Notes under the pieces: generated by a model | Seen by the model: only the letters and a program-made list of their open reading frames with translations | The model's database searches: none | Told to the model about the DNA's origin: nothing | Translations under genes and position numbers: made by a program | Source: an uncultured bacterium | Lineage (GTDB): Bacteria; Fidelibacterota; Marinisomatia; Marinisomatales; UBA1611 | Length of the DNA stretch: 64,000 nucleotides | Direction of reading: 5' to 3' | Assembly: GCA_943788175.1 (NCBI GenBank) | Contig: CALSPG010000007.1 | Span: 32,001-96,000 of the forward strand | Shown: piece after piece, positions 1 to 12,746 of the stretch | Layout: each line of letters opens with the position of its first letter | Numbering within the stretch: the first letter of the stretch is position 1

Positions 1-38
1 CCTTCGCCTAGATCTGGTAATACAATTTTTTTTAACAT
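1..38 (-). CDS. aceF: Pyruvate dehydrogenase E2 (dihydrolipoamide acetyltransferase), N-terminal fragment running off the window
   Basis: Minus strand from 38 reads MLKKIVLPDLGE(G), a lipoyl-domain start, 1 bp after the aceE stop. Confidence 0.8.
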   Translation of the reverse strand, partial: MLKKIVLPDLGE

Positions 39-39
39 A

Positions 40-2691
40 TCATACCGTTATTGGGTTGGGTTTAGTTGAATCTATATTATATTTTTTCATCACCTCATTA
101 GCCACGCTCATCTTTATTTTCCCCTCATTTACCAATGCGCGAATTGCTGTTAGAACAATATAATATCGATCGACTTCAAAAAAGTGTCTAAGGTTTTCCC
201 TCGTGTCACTGCGTCCAAAACCATCTGTTCCAAGTGAATAAAAAGAACCAGAAACAAACGGTGAAACTTGCTCTGTGGACATTTTTACATAATCAGAAAC
301 CGCAACAGTGGGAACAAGGTTTTTATTTAAAGACTTTTCTATGTGTGATTGTTTAGGTTTTTTACCAGGGTTCATTAAGTTCCATCTTTCTACTTCTTCA
401 GCTTCTCTTCTTAATTCAGTAAAAGAGGTTACGTTCCAAATTCCCGCTTCAATACCCCAATCATCGTTTAAAAGTTTTGAAGCTTCAATAACCTCATTCA
501 ATAATGGTCCACTACCAAGTAGCCTTATTGTTGGGTTTTTTGTTGAATGTAATTTATACATTCCTTTGATAATGTTTTTTTCAATGCCTTTGGGCATTGT
601 TGGGTGTACGTAGTTTTCATTTTCTAGAGTTAGGTAATAAATAACATCTTTTTGTTCATAAAACATTTCTTTTATTCCGTGTTGAACAACAACAGCTATT
701 TCATAAGCATATGCCAAATCATACGCCTTAACATTCGGTGTTACGGCTGCTGCTATATGACTATGTCCATCTTGATGTTGCAACCCTTCACCATTTAATG
801 TTGTTCTTCCAGCTGTACCTCCAAGTAAAAATCCACGAACACGCATATCACCAGCTGCCCAGATAAAATCCCAAACTCTTTGAAAACCAAACATAGAATA
901 ATAAATATAGAAAGGTATCATGTTTTCACCGGTGGTCTGATATGACATTCCCGCAGCTATGAAAGACGATATAGCCCCAGCTTCGTTGATACCTTCTTCA
1001 AAAATTTGTCCATTGATAGCTTCTTTATAATATAAAAACTGATCTGAATCAACAGGTTCATATAGTTGACCCCTGTGTGCATATATACCAAGCTGCCTAA
1101 AGAGTGGGTCCATTCCAAATGTTCTTGCTTCGTCAGGGATAATAGGAACAATGTTTTTCCCTACTTTTTTGTCTCTACATAGAATTGTTAATAACCGAAC
1201 AAACGCCATTGTTGTTGATATAGCTCTTTCGCCAGTGCCATCTAACAACTCTTGGAAAATTTTTACATTTGGGGGTGTCATTTTTTTGTTTCTAACAACC
1301 CTACTTGGTAGTGATCCACCAAGTTCTATTCTTCTGTTTTTTAAATACTTTATTTCTTTGCTGCTTGATGCTGGTTTAAAAAATGGCGCCTTTACAGCTT
1401 CTTTATCAGTTAAACCAACATTGAAACGATCTCTAAAATAAAGAAGTTCATCTTCGTTTAGCTTTTTTTGATTGTGCGTTATGTTGCGACCTTCGCCTGC
1501 CGTACCCATTCCATAACCTTTAATCGTTCTAGCAAGTATTACCGTTGGTTTTCCTTTGTGCTCAGTTGCTTCTTTATATGCAGCGTACATTTTAACCGGG
1601 TCATGACCACCAAGTTTCATTGAAATCAACTCATCATCACTTAAGTGAGACACAAGATCTAATGTTTCAGGGTATTTACCAAAAAAATGTTTTCTAAAAT
1701 ATGCGCCACCCTCAACAACATATTTTAAAAGGTCACCATCGATAACTTCATCCATTCTTTGTAATAGTTTTCCAGAGATATCTTTTTCAATTAATGCATC
1801 CCAATCAGAACCCCAGATAACCTTTATAACATTCCAACCCGCGCCACGAAAAGCTCCTTCAAGTTCTTGGATGACTTTAGAGTTACCACGAACCGGTCCA
1901 TCTAACCTTTGAAGGTTACAGTTTACAACAAAAATTAAATTATCTAACTCTTCTTTCGATGCAAGTGTTAATGCACCTTTTGACTCTGGTTCATCCATTT
2001 CACCATCACCTAAAAAAGCCCAAACCTTTCTATCTGTTTTTTTGTATATCCCGCGGTCAGTGATATAACTAAGAAACCGAGCTTGATAAATAGCCATAAT
2101 AGGACCGAGCCCCATTGACACTGTTGCAAATTGCCAAAAGTCTGGCATTAAATATGGGTGTGGGTATGACGAAAGTCCGCCAGGTGTAAGCTCTCTTCTA
2201 AAACTTTCTAAGTTTTTATCACTAAGACGTCCCTCAACATATGCTCTGGCATACATTCCCGGTGAACCGTGTCCTTGAAAAAAGATTAAATCTCCTCCGT
2301 TCGGATGGTCTGGTCCTTTAAAAAAATGATTAAAAGCGACTTCATATAAATTTGAAGAAGATGCATATGTTGAAATATGGCCACCAATTCCAGGTGTGTT
2401 TGTGTTTGCTCGAACTACCATAGCCATAGCATTCCAACGAATAATTGATTTTATTTTTCTCTCAACGTCTTTATCACCAGGGTATTCTGGCTCATCTTTT
2501 GGTTGTATAGTGTTAATAAATGGTGTGTTCGTATTAAAAGGAAGCCTTGCTCCTTTTGCTTGGGCATAATCAATAAGTTCTTCTAATAAAAAACGTGTTC
2601 TGGCATGACCATGTTCCTCTAGGGCATCGTCAATCGAGTCTAACCACTCTTGCGTTTCTTGTGGGTCTGTATCTTTGTAGTGTTTTGACAA
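40..2691 (-). CDS. aceE: Pyruvate dehydrogenase E1, homodimeric AceE type
   Basis: 883 aa; DTDPQETQEWL N-terminus, GGHISTYAS, TPP motif GDGEMDEPES, GEGLQHQDGH. Confidence 0.98.
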   Translation of the reverse strand: MSKHYKDTDPQETQEWLDSIDDALEEHGHARTRFLLEELIDYAQAKGARLPFNTNTPFINTIQPKDEPEYPGDKDVERKIKSIIRWNAMAMVVRANTNTPGIGGHISTYASSSNLYEVAFNHFFKGPDHPNGGDLIFFQGHGSPGMYARAYVEGRLSDKNLESFRRELTPGGLSSYPHPYLMPDFWQFATVSMGLGPIMAIYQARFLSYITDRGIYKKTDRKVWAFLGDGEMDEPESKGALTLASKEELDNLIFVVNCNLQRLDGPVRGNSKVIQELEGAFRGAGWNVIKVIWGSDWDALIEKDISGKLLQRMDEVIDGDLLKYVVEGGAYFRKHFFGKYPETLDLVSHLSDDELISMKLGGHDPVKMYAAYKEATEHKGKPTVILARTIKGYGMGTAGEGRNITHNQKKLNEDELLYFRDRFNVGLTDKEAVKAPFFKPASSSKEIKYLKNRRIELGGSLPSRVVRNKKMTPPNVKIFQELLDGTGERAISTTMAFVRLLTILCRDKKVGKNIVPIIPDEARTFGMDPLFRQLGIYAHRGQLYEPVDSDQFLYYKEAINGQIFEEGINEAGAISSFIAAGMSYQTTGENMIPFYIYYSMFGFQRVWDFIWAAGDMRVRGFLLGGTAGRTTLNGEGLQHQDGHSHIAAAVTPNVKAYDLAYAYEIAVVVQHGIKEMFYEQKDVIYYLTLENENYVHPTMPKGIEKNIIKGMYKLHSTKNPTIRLLGSGPLLNEVIEASKLLNDDWGIEAGIWNVTSFTELRREAEEVERWNLMNPGKKPKQSHIEKSLNKNLVPTVAVSDYVKMSTEQVSPFVSGSFYSLGTDGFGRSDTRENLRHFFEVDRYYIVLTAIRALVNEGKIKMSVANEVMKKYNIDSTKPNPITV

Positions 2692-2734
2692 AATAATATT
2701 GAATATTAAGAGCTAAATCTAATACATTTATGTG

Positions 2735-4159
2735 CTAGACATCTATTTCTTTCCAATCCCCTTTTTTCATTTTTAGCGACAAAATGATAGCCATTAGGAA
2801 TAAATAAATTGCAAAGGCTATAAAGGGGCTTTTAAACCCGCCACCCAAAACAACGCCCGTATAGTAACTGAAGGGGAGCATAAACCCCCATATAAGTGAA
2901 GATTCTACCAATGCTGGAAATAGGGTGTTCCCAGCACCTGTCAAAGCTAAAAAAAGTGTAAAACAAATTGCATCAATAAACTGTAAAAAACCAATCAACC
3001 TGAGTCCCCACACCCCAAGTTGAAGAATGTTTGGGTCGCTTGTAAATAATAATAGTATAAACTTTGGAAATAAAATAAATATAATTCCCATTGTGCCCAT
3101 AATGTATTCAGCAATCCTAAGCGACTCTTTAATACTTTGTTCTGATTTTTCTATTTCCTTAGAACCCATGTATTTTCCAACAAGGGTGGCACAAGCCTGA
3201 CCAACTCCCATTGCAGGCATAAACGATGCATGCATTACCGTAAACAATAATTGTGTTGTTGCTAACTCAACAATTCCAATTATTGACATTATTTTGTAAA
3301 AAAAAGAATAACCAACAGCTATCATCATTTCTTGACTTCCCATTGGAACAGATAGTTTGATTTGTTTTTTTAACATCTCAACGTCAAAACCAAGATTTAT
3401 AATCCCTTTATTTTCTATTATTATTTCCTGTTTTTTTAAATAATAAGAATAGTGAAACATCATCCAAGCTGAGGAAATTAAAGTGCCAATTGCCGCGCCA
3501 GTAACACCCATACCATCAAAATCAGCCCAAAACCACAAAGAGGACAAGTCAAAAAGACCATTGGTTTTTACGCTTAATGCTTGGGCAAGTCCTTCTTTTC
3601 CATAGATTAGACCAGCGTTTAGGTATGCATTAATTACATTGCTTGTTATTGTAACACTTAGGTGAACTTTCGTTTTTTCAATACCGGTATAAAACCCTTG
3701 AAAGACAAAGCTTATAGCATTAAAAAAAACACCTGCAGATGAAATACTTAAATAACTTATTGCGATTGGAGCTGTTGTGCTATCAGAAATAAAAAAAGGA
3801 ATAATCCAATATCCATATACCCAACCAATAATTGAAATTGGAATTGAATATATTGAAGCTAGCAAAAGCCCATTATTTAGAGCTTTTATGCATTCTTGTT
3901 TTTTGTTTTGGCCTAAGCGTCTAGATGTAATCGTTTGAACAGAGGTTCTAATTCCAAGAACAATACTTAGTGCTCCCCATGATAACATACCTCCCATACC
4001 GGTTGCAGCAAGCGCTTCAGGGCCAAGGTGACCAACCATCGCTACATCTACCAAACTCATAATTACACGGCTTAAATTGCTTATAATTACGGGAAAAGCG
4101 AGAAACCAAACGGCTTTAAATATTTTAAAGTCTCCTGGAAATAAAAGTGTTTTTAACAC
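2735..4159 (-). CDS. MATE family efflux transporter
   Basis: 474 aa, many hydrophobic segments; LAFPVIISN...VDVAMVGHLGPEALAA and MGVTGAAIGT MATE motifs. Confidence 0.9.
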   Translation of the reverse strand: MLKTLLFPGDFKIFKAVWFLAFPVIISNLSRVIMSLVDVAMVGHLGPEALAATGMGGMLSWGALSIVLGIRTSVQTITSRRLGQNKKQECIKALNNGLLLASIYSIPISIIGWVYGYWIIPFFISDSTTAPIAISYLSISSAGVFFNAISFVFQGFYTGIEKTKVHLSVTITSNVINAYLNAGLIYGKEGLAQALSVKTNGLFDLSSLWFWADFDGMGVTGAAIGTLISSAWMMFHYSYYLKKQEIIIENKGIINLGFDVEMLKKQIKLSVPMGSQEMMIAVGYSFFYKIMSIIGIVELATTQLLFTVMHASFMPAMGVGQACATLVGKYMGSKEIEKSEQSIKESLRIAEYIMGTMGIIFILFPKFILLLFTSDPNILQLGVWGLRLIGFLQFIDAICFTLFLALTGAGNTLFPALVESSLIWGFMLPFSYYTGVVLGGGFKSPFIAFAIYLFLMAIILSLKMKKGDWKEIDV

Positions 4160-4162
4160 TGT

Positions 4163-4447
4163 CTATGTAACAATATAATTGAAAACCGTTTTGATTTGGT
4201 TTTCTTCTAAATATCGTTTCGTTTTACTACAAACAGGAGCAGTGGTAGCGAGAAATTTTTTTGTGCTTTTTTGTGCTTGTATAGACTTTGCAATATCAAC
4301 GATTTTTATTCCGTCTTTCATAATAATTCGAGACTTTATATTTTTAACTATGTAAATATTTTTGTTTAAATCTATTGCTAGTTTTGATCTTGGTGGTGCG
4401 CCGACAGTAAGTGGATTAATTTCTTTTAATTTAATAATATTATTCAT
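4163..4447 (-). CDS. Hypothetical protein (94 aa)
   Basis: ATG-started ORF filling the gap, 3 bp upstream of the MATE gene and divergent from psuG. Confidence 0.65.
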   Translation of the reverse strand: MNNIIKLKEINPLTVGAPPRSKLAIDLNKNIYIVKNIKSRIIMKDGIKIVDIAKSIQAQKSTKKFLATTAPVCSKTKRYLEENQIKTVFNYIVT

Positions 4448-4494
4448 TGCGTTCTTTTTGACATTTAACGTGAGAAGTTTATGTATTTTTTAAT

Positions 4495-5391
4495 ATGAAA
4501 TTTACTTTATCCAAAAGTGTAAAGCATGCGATAAATAACAACAAGCCGGTTTTGGCTCTAGAGTCTACTATAATCGCCAGTGGGATGCCGTATCCACAAA
4601 ACATTGAATTTCAAAACAAAGCAGAACGTATTTGTGCTAAGCTGGGTGTTGTACCTGCTACTATTGCCATCATTAAAGGTGTTGTGCATATTGGGCTTGG
4701 TTCAAAAGAATTAAACTTCATAGCAACAAACTCATCTGTTAAGAAAATATCAAAAAGAGAAATTGGTATTTGTTTAGAAAAAAACATTTCTGGAGCAACA
4801 ACAGTCAGTAGCACTTCTCACCTTGCTCACTTGGCAGGTATTAAGGTTTTTTCGACAGGGGGAATTGGTGGGGTTCATCGAGGCTACAAAAAATCACTTG
4901 ATATGTCACAAGACCTTTTTTCCTTAAGTCGAACTCCAATAGTGGTTGTCTGTTCCGGTGTTAAATCTTTTTTAAATGTGGAAAAAACAATAGAGGCCCT
5001 CGAAACATTTGGTGTAACAACGGTTGGATATAAAACAAACAGCTTTCCACTATTTTATTCTTCAAAATCTAAAAACAAACTCCAATATAGTTTTGACACC
5101 GTGGGTGGTTTAATTGGCACGTATAGGGAAAACATTAAAAATAAATTACAAAGCTCCCTCTTGGTTCTAAACCCCGTACCAAAAAAAGATGAAATCATAG
5201 AAGAAAAAATTAAAAGCATTGTTTCTAAATCAATTTCTAAAATGGATAAACTCGGAATTGTTGGAAATAAAACAACTCCTTTTTTGTTAAGTGAAATCGC
5301 AGAAAAGACAAAAAACAAGAGTCTAGAAACAAATATATCTCTTGCGTTAAACAATATAAAGCTTGGAGCAACAATAGCTCTTAAAATGTAG
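4495..5391 (+). CDS. psuG: Pseudouridine-5'-phosphate glycosidase
   Basis: ALESTII.SGMPYPQN, GATTVS, TGGIGGVHRG and TTPFLL motifs of PsuG/IndA. Confidence 0.93.
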   Translation: MKFTLSKSVKHAINNNKPVLALESTIIASGMPYPQNIEFQNKAERICAKLGVVPATIAIIKGVVHIGLGSKELNFIATNSSVKKISKREIGICLEKNISGATTVSSTSHLAHLAGIKVFSTGGIGGVHRGYKKSLDMSQDLFSLSRTPIVVVCSGVKSFLNVEKTIEALETFGVTTVGYKTNSFPLFYSSKSKNKLQYSFDTVGGLIGTYRENIKNKLQSSLLVLNPVPKKDEIIEEKIKSIVSKSISKMDKLGIVGNKTTPFLLSEIAEKTKNKSLETNISLALNNIKLGATIALKM

Positions 5392-5432
5392 GTGTTTGAC
5401 ACTTTGGCACTATAATTAAGATGGAATAAAAA

Positions 5433-5678
5433 TTGAAAGAGTTAATTATGAATAACTTGAAACAACTAATGCTAAACCACCCGACTTTATCAATCTTACT
5501 GATTCTGCCTTTTTCACTAATGTTTGTTTTTGCCTTATTTGGTTTAATTATTAACGTTTTACTTCCTTTTATATTTGCTTTGTGGATAGCAAATTGGGTT
5601 TATGGGGTTATTGTTGGCTCTTCAATGGTAAAACCGATGTACGAACCTTTTTGGGTCGTGAGGTCAAAAAAACTTTAA
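5433..5678 (+). CDS. Small membrane protein, unknown function
   Basis: 81-aa ORF (possible start at 5448) with a long hydrophobic stretch; fills the gap between psuG and the convergent gene. Confidence 0.6.
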   Translation: MKELIMNNLKQLMLNHPTLSILLILPFSLMFVFALFGLIINVLLPFIFALWIANWVYGVIVGSSMVKPMYEPFWVVRSKKL

Positions 5679-5684
5679 CCAGAT

Positions 5685-6191
5685 TTAATTCTTATTTTCT
5701 AAAACACCAAAACATTTAACACTTACACCAACATAGTGCCAAAGAGTTGCTGTTATAGCACAACACTCTGAAAACACAACACCTTCCTGTGTTTCAGTGG
5801 TTTTAAACCTTTTAGGACCGAGTGTTTGAACGGTGGTTTTTTTAAGTTTAGATGTTTTTTCATAAACCTTAGACATATCTGGAAACATTGGAAATTCTTC
5901 GTGTGGGGTTCGACCTCGAAGAAAAAACAAACCAGACCTATTAATGTGGTCGGTTATTAAAACGTTGTGCTCTATTCCTCTTATTCTATCATACATATGA
6001 ATTTCTTTTATGTTGTATGTTTTTTTTAAGCCTAAAACATTGGAGGGAGACAATGAAAACTTGTTAAACCTGGTTGGTTTTATAAAAACATTGTTCTTTT
6101 TTTCGTTTATGGTATGTCCAAATAAGGTTTTGTGAAAAACACTGTTAAAACCAAATGTTTTTGGGTTACTATTAAAATAATAGAATTTCAA
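5685..6191 (-). CDS. Hypothetical protein, degenerate purine-nucleoside-phosphorylase-like
   Basis: ITDHINRSG...FPMFPDMSKVY and GPKRFKT resemble the PNP DHIN...FPDMS..Y and GP.FET motifs; only 168 aa; 3 bp after yggS. Confidence 0.55.
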   Translation of the reverse strand: MKFYYFNSNPKTFGFNSVFHKTLFGHTINEKKNNVFIKPTRFNKFSLSPSNVLGLKKTYNIKEIHMYDRIRGIEHNVLITDHINRSGLFFLRGRTPHEEFPMFPDMSKVYEKTSKLKKTTVQTLGPKRFKTTETQEGVVFSECCAITATLWHYVGVSVKCFGVLENKN

Positions 6192-6194
6192 ATT

Positions 6195-6881
6195 TTAATA
6201 ATCTCTGGAACCAAAAAGACCTGTTCCCACTCGAACCATCGTTGAACCCTCTTCTACTCCCAACTCAAAATCGTTTGTCATTCCCATCGACAATTCTTTA
6301 AGAATGTTTCTTCCAAGTTCTTGGTTTATTTTGTCTTTTAAATCACGAAGTGCTGAAAATGAGTTTTTGATTTTTTTTTCATCTAATGTATTGGGACCAA
6401 TTGTCATTAAACCTACAATTTCTAAATTTTGTAATGAAAAACAAGAAATCAACTCATTGGATATAGTAGGTGAAAAACCGTTTTTTTGAGGCTCCCCACT
6501 TGTGTTTATTTCAATTAAACACTCTGTTTTTTGAGTTCTTTTTTGAGAAGCGTTGTTTATCTTGTTTGCTGTTTTAAAAGTATCGACACTGTCAATAGTA
6601 TCAAAAAGATCAAGGCACTTATTTATTTTATTCGACTGAAGGTGACCAATAAACCTTTTTTTTAATGTTTTAAAACCTTGGAAGTCAACAAACTTGTTTT
6701 CGGCTTCTTGAACCCTGTTTTCACCAATGCTAGTAACACCCAGACTGTAGCACTTCTCTATTTGTGATATATCTCTAGTTTTTGTCGCCGCTATTAACTC
6801 AACTTTTTGTTTAAAGGATGATTTTTTTTTAGCAACCTCAATTTTTTCTAGAACTATTTTTAATTTATGTTCAAGGTCCAA
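6195..6881 (-). CDS. yggS: PLP homeostasis protein, YggS family
   Basis: IGENRVQEA, FIGHLQSNK, GLMTIGP, LSMGMTNDF, GSTMVRVGTGLFG. Confidence 0.96.
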   Translation of the reverse strand: MDLEHKLKIVLEKIEVAKKKSSFKQKVELIAATKTRDISQIEKCYSLGVTSIGENRVQEAENKFVDFQGFKTLKKRFIGHLQSNKINKCLDLFDTIDSVDTFKTANKINNASQKRTQKTECLIEINTSGEPQKNGFSPTISNELISCFSLQNLEIVGLMTIGPNTLDEKKIKNSFSALRDLKDKINQELGRNILKELSMGMTNDFELGVEEGSTMVRVGTGLFGSRDY

Positions 6882-6883
6882 CT

Positions 6884-9385
6884 TTATTCTGTGTTTGGTT
6901 TTTCTTCTTCGGTTTCTTCTATGGTTTTTGGTTCTGTGTTCTCTTCAGTTTTCTCGGCTTCTTCCATCACTCTTGTGATCGATGAAATAATGCTTCCATC
7001 ATCTAATTTAACCAAACGAACACCTTGTGTTACTCGACCAATTGTTCTAATTGCACCAACGGGTTGACGCATCAACACCCCCGCATCAGTAATAACAATT
7101 AAATCATCTGAATCTACAACTTCCATTATTTTAACCATTTTACCCGTTTTATCAGTGCATCGCATTGTTAAAACACCTTTTCCGCCACGAGTTTGTGTTC
7201 GATATTGTATAACATCCGTTCTTTTTCCATACCCTTTTTCTGTTGCAACAAGAATCGTACCTTCTCTTTTAACAATTAACATACCGACAACATAATCATC
7301 TACTGAGCTAAGTTTAATTCCCCGAACACCCATTGTTTTTCGTCCACTAGGTCTAACATTCGTTTCTGAAAAACGAATTGATTTACCTTCATGTGTTCCT
7401 AATAATATATCGTGGTCGCCATTTGTTATTCGCGCTTCAATTAGTTGGTCATCTTCTCTGATTTCAATAGCGTATATACCACCTTTTCTCGGTTTTCCAT
7501 ACGCTGATAGAACTGTTTTTTTAACAACACCTTTTTTAGTTGCCATTACAATAAAGTGATCATCTTTAAACTCACTTACACTAACAAAGGCTTCTACTCT
7601 TTCTGTTGGGTCACAACCAATAAGGTTAACAATCGCTCGGCCCCTTGTCGCTCTCCCACCCTGTGGTATGTCATACACTTTCAGCCAAAAACATTTTCCT
7701 CTATCTGTAAAAAACAACATATAGTTATGTGTGTTTGCAATAAAAAGATGTTCAACAAAATCTTCGTCTTTACTACCAGCACCCTGTACACCTCGACCAC
7801 CTCGTCGTTGTGTTTTATATGTGTTAAGCGCTGTCCTTTTTATATAACCCTGATGAGTAATCGTTAAAACAACCTCTTCTTCAGCAATCATATCTTCCAT
7901 TGAAAAATCAGAATCGACCGGTATAATTTCAGTCCTTCTTTCATCTCCATAGTTTTCTTGAACCTCCAACAATTCACTTTTTATAATATCCATTCTTTGG
8001 TTTTTGTTTTCAAGAATACCCTTAAGGTTTGAAATAATTTTTATTAACTCTTTATACTCTTCAAGTACTTTATCAACCTCCAACCCTGTTAAACGTTGCA
8101 ACCTCATTTCTAATATTGCTTGAGCTTGTATTTCTGAAAGGTTAAAGTTGTTCATTAAGCCTTCTTTTGCAACGTTGGGGTTTTTACTCGCTTTAATTAA
8201 CTCAATGACAGCGTCGATATTATCCAGAGCAATTTTTAAACCCTCTAATATATGAGCCCTTGCCTCAGCTTGCCTTAACTCAAACTCTGTTCTCTTCACA
8301 ACCACTTCATGTCTAAAATCAACAAAGTGATTTAAAACCTCTTTTAACGGCATGATTTTTGGAACACCATTAACTAAAGCAAGTAAGATAATTCCAAACG
8401 TGTCTTGCAGTTGTGTAAATTTATAAAGTTGGTTTAAAATAACTTCAGGAACGGCGTCTCTTTTTGTTTCTATAACAACGCGAATTCCATCTTTATCAGA
8501 CTCATCTCTTAAGTCTGTAATACCAACAATCTTTTTATCTCTAACAAGGTCTGCTATTTTTTCTACTAAGTTTGCTTTATTACACTGGTATGGTAATTCA
8601 GTTATAACAACACTGTCTTTTCCTGACTTTGAGGATTCAATGTGCGCGCGAGCTCTTATTTTAATTTTGCCGCGGCCCGTATTATAAGCACTACTTAATC
8701 CGTCCATTCCCATAATTAAACCAGCTGTTGGGAAATCTGGCCCTTTGATGTGACCCATCAACTCTTCAGTGGAAATATCTGCGTTATCAATCATTGCAAT
8801 TAAACCACTAATTACCTCTGTTAGGTTGTGTGGTGGTATTTTTGTTGCCATACCTACAGCAATACCTTCAGATCCGTTTACCAGTAGTGTTGGAACAGTT
8901 GTTGGTAAAACGGTTGGTTCTTTTAATGTTTCGTCAAAGTTAACTGTCCAACTAACAGTTTCCTTATCAAGATCTTTTAACATCTCGCTTGTAAGTTTTG
9001 TCATTCTAGATTCCGTATAACGCATTGCAGCTGCATTATCACCATCAACAGAACCAAAGTTTCCTTGACCATCTACAAGTTCGTATCTCATTGAAAACGC
9101 TTGTGCCATTCTTACTAAAGCATCATAAACCGAAGAGTCGCCGTGCGGGTGGTACTTACCTAGAACATCTCCAACAATTCTAGCTGATTTTTTATAAGGC
9201 CTATTCCAAGAAGAACCGAGTTCGCTCATTCCATATAAAATTCTTCTATGAACAGGTTTTAAACCATCTCTAACATCTGGAAGTGCTCTTGAAACTATTA
9301 CAGACATGGAGTAGTTTAAATAACTCTCCCTCATCTCATCTACAATGTCTCTAGGGAGGGTATTGTCTCTATTTATATCAACCAT
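6884..9385 (-). CDS. gyrA: DNA gyrase subunit A
   Basis: [24 protein letters not shown], GyrA-box QRRGGRG. Confidence 0.98.
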   Translation of the reverse strand: MVDINRDNTLPRDIVDEMRESYLNYSMSVIVSRALPDVRDGLKPVHRRILYGMSELGSSWNRPYKKSARIVGDVLGKYHPHGDSSVYDALVRMAQAFSMRYELVDGQGNFGSVDGDNAAAMRYTESRMTKLTSEMLKDLDKETVSWTVNFDETLKEPTVLPTTVPTLLVNGSEGIAVGMATKIPPHNLTEVISGLIAMIDNADISTEELMGHIKGPDFPTAGLIMGMDGLSSAYNTGRGKIKIRARAHIESSKSGKDSVVITELPYQCNKANLVEKIADLVRDKKIVGITDLRDESDKDGIRVVIETKRDAVPEVILNQLYKFTQLQDTFGIILLALVNGVPKIMPLKEVLNHFVDFRHEVVVKRTEFELRQAEARAHILEGLKIALDNIDAVIELIKASKNPNVAKEGLMNNFNLSEIQAQAILEMRLQRLTGLEVDKVLEEYKELIKIISNLKGILENKNQRMDIIKSELLEVQENYGDERRTEIIPVDSDFSMEDMIAEEEVVLTITHQGYIKRTALNTYKTQRRGGRGVQGAGSKDEDFVEHLFIANTHNYMLFFTDRGKCFWLKVYDIPQGGRATRGRAIVNLIGCDPTERVEAFVSVSEFKDDHFIVMATKKGVVKKTVLSAYGKPRKGGIYAIEIREDDQLIEARITNGDHDILLGTHEGKSIRFSETNVRPSGRKTMGVRGIKLSSVDDYVVGMLIVKREGTILVATEKGYGKRTDVIQYRTQTRGGKGVLTMRCTDKTGKMVKIMEVVDSDDLIVITDAGVLMRQPVGAIRTIGRVTQGVRLVKLDDGSIISSITRVMEEAEKTEENTEPKTIEETEEEKPNTE

Positions 9386-9395
9386 TTTAAATCCT

Positions 9396-11618
<2,223 letters not shown>

Positions 11619-11632
<14 letters not shown>

Positions 11633-12731
11633 TTATTTGTAAATGGTGTTTATTAACCTCATTAAACTCTAGAAAGAAATCGTTTTCTTTTATGTTTACG
11701 ATATTGGTTGTTGTTATTATTGTTTGTGTTTTTTTTTCTTTGTTTTTAAATCTTTCCACAAATCTTAATAATTTTTTACTTCTTTCTTTATCTAAATTAG
11801 CAAACATATCATCAATTAAAAAAATCGGTGTTTTTTGTGTTTTTTGTGACAGAAAAAGCTGTTCTGTTATTTTTAAGAGCGCAAGAAAAAGTTTATGTTC
11901 TCCTTGTGATCCGTGGTTTTTAATTTGTTTCTGATCCCAAAAAAAGAAAACGTCGTCTCTATGGGGACCAAAAGAAGTGTGTTTCTTTTTAATATCAGAA
12001 TCTTTTTTTTCAATGAGTTTAAGATTGTATTCTTCCTCGTCTTTAGTTTTTAAGTCATATTTGATGTCTAGGTTTAAATTTTGATCAAACTTTTTTACGG
12101 TGTTTATAAAAAAAGAAATAAATTCATTCATTAGGGACTTTCTTTTTAACCAAAGAGAAAAACCTTTTTGGATTAACGGTTTGTTCCAAATTTCTAATTC
12201 TTTTTGCTTTTTAATTGTGTTTTTTTCTGTTCTTAAAAGAGAGTTTCTTTGTTTTAATATTTTATTATATGATAACAGTTCGTTTAAATAACTATAAGAA
12301 CAAATAGAAAAGATTTTATCAAAATAGTTTCTTCTGTTTAGGGGTGAACCTTTTGTTATTTCTTCTTCTTCTGGGGAAAAAATAACAACATTGTTTAGGC
12401 CTAATAATTCTTTTCTTTTTTTAATCGGTTTTTTATTTATTGTTATTTTTTTTAAGCCAGACGTGTCTTGGGATAAAGTAACTTCGTTTTTAGAGTTGTC
12501 TTTGTTTTTAAAAAAACCTTTAATAAAAAAATTTTTATCACCTTTTTTTATTAAGTCAACTTTATTATTTGTTCTAAAACTTTTACCGTAAGACAAACTA
12601 TGAATAGCCTCTAAAATTGATGTTTTACCGGAACCATTTTCACCCCAAATAATTGTTAGACCTGGATTAAAATTTATATTTGTTTTCTTGTGGTTTCTGA
12701 AAGAAATCATCTCAAGTTTGTTGATTTCCAT
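11619..12731 (-). CDS. recF: DNA replication and repair protein RecF
   Basis: SFRNH, Walker A GENGSGKTSILEAI, GPHRDD, GSQGE, LIDDMFANLD. Confidence 0.95.
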
Positions 12732-12746
12732 TTAGATGTTTTTTTT

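Noticed and set aside
5396-5416. TTGACA and TATAAT before the small membrane gene as one promoter
   Set aside because: The two hexamers are only 9 bp apart, far from the 16-18 bp sigma70 spacing.
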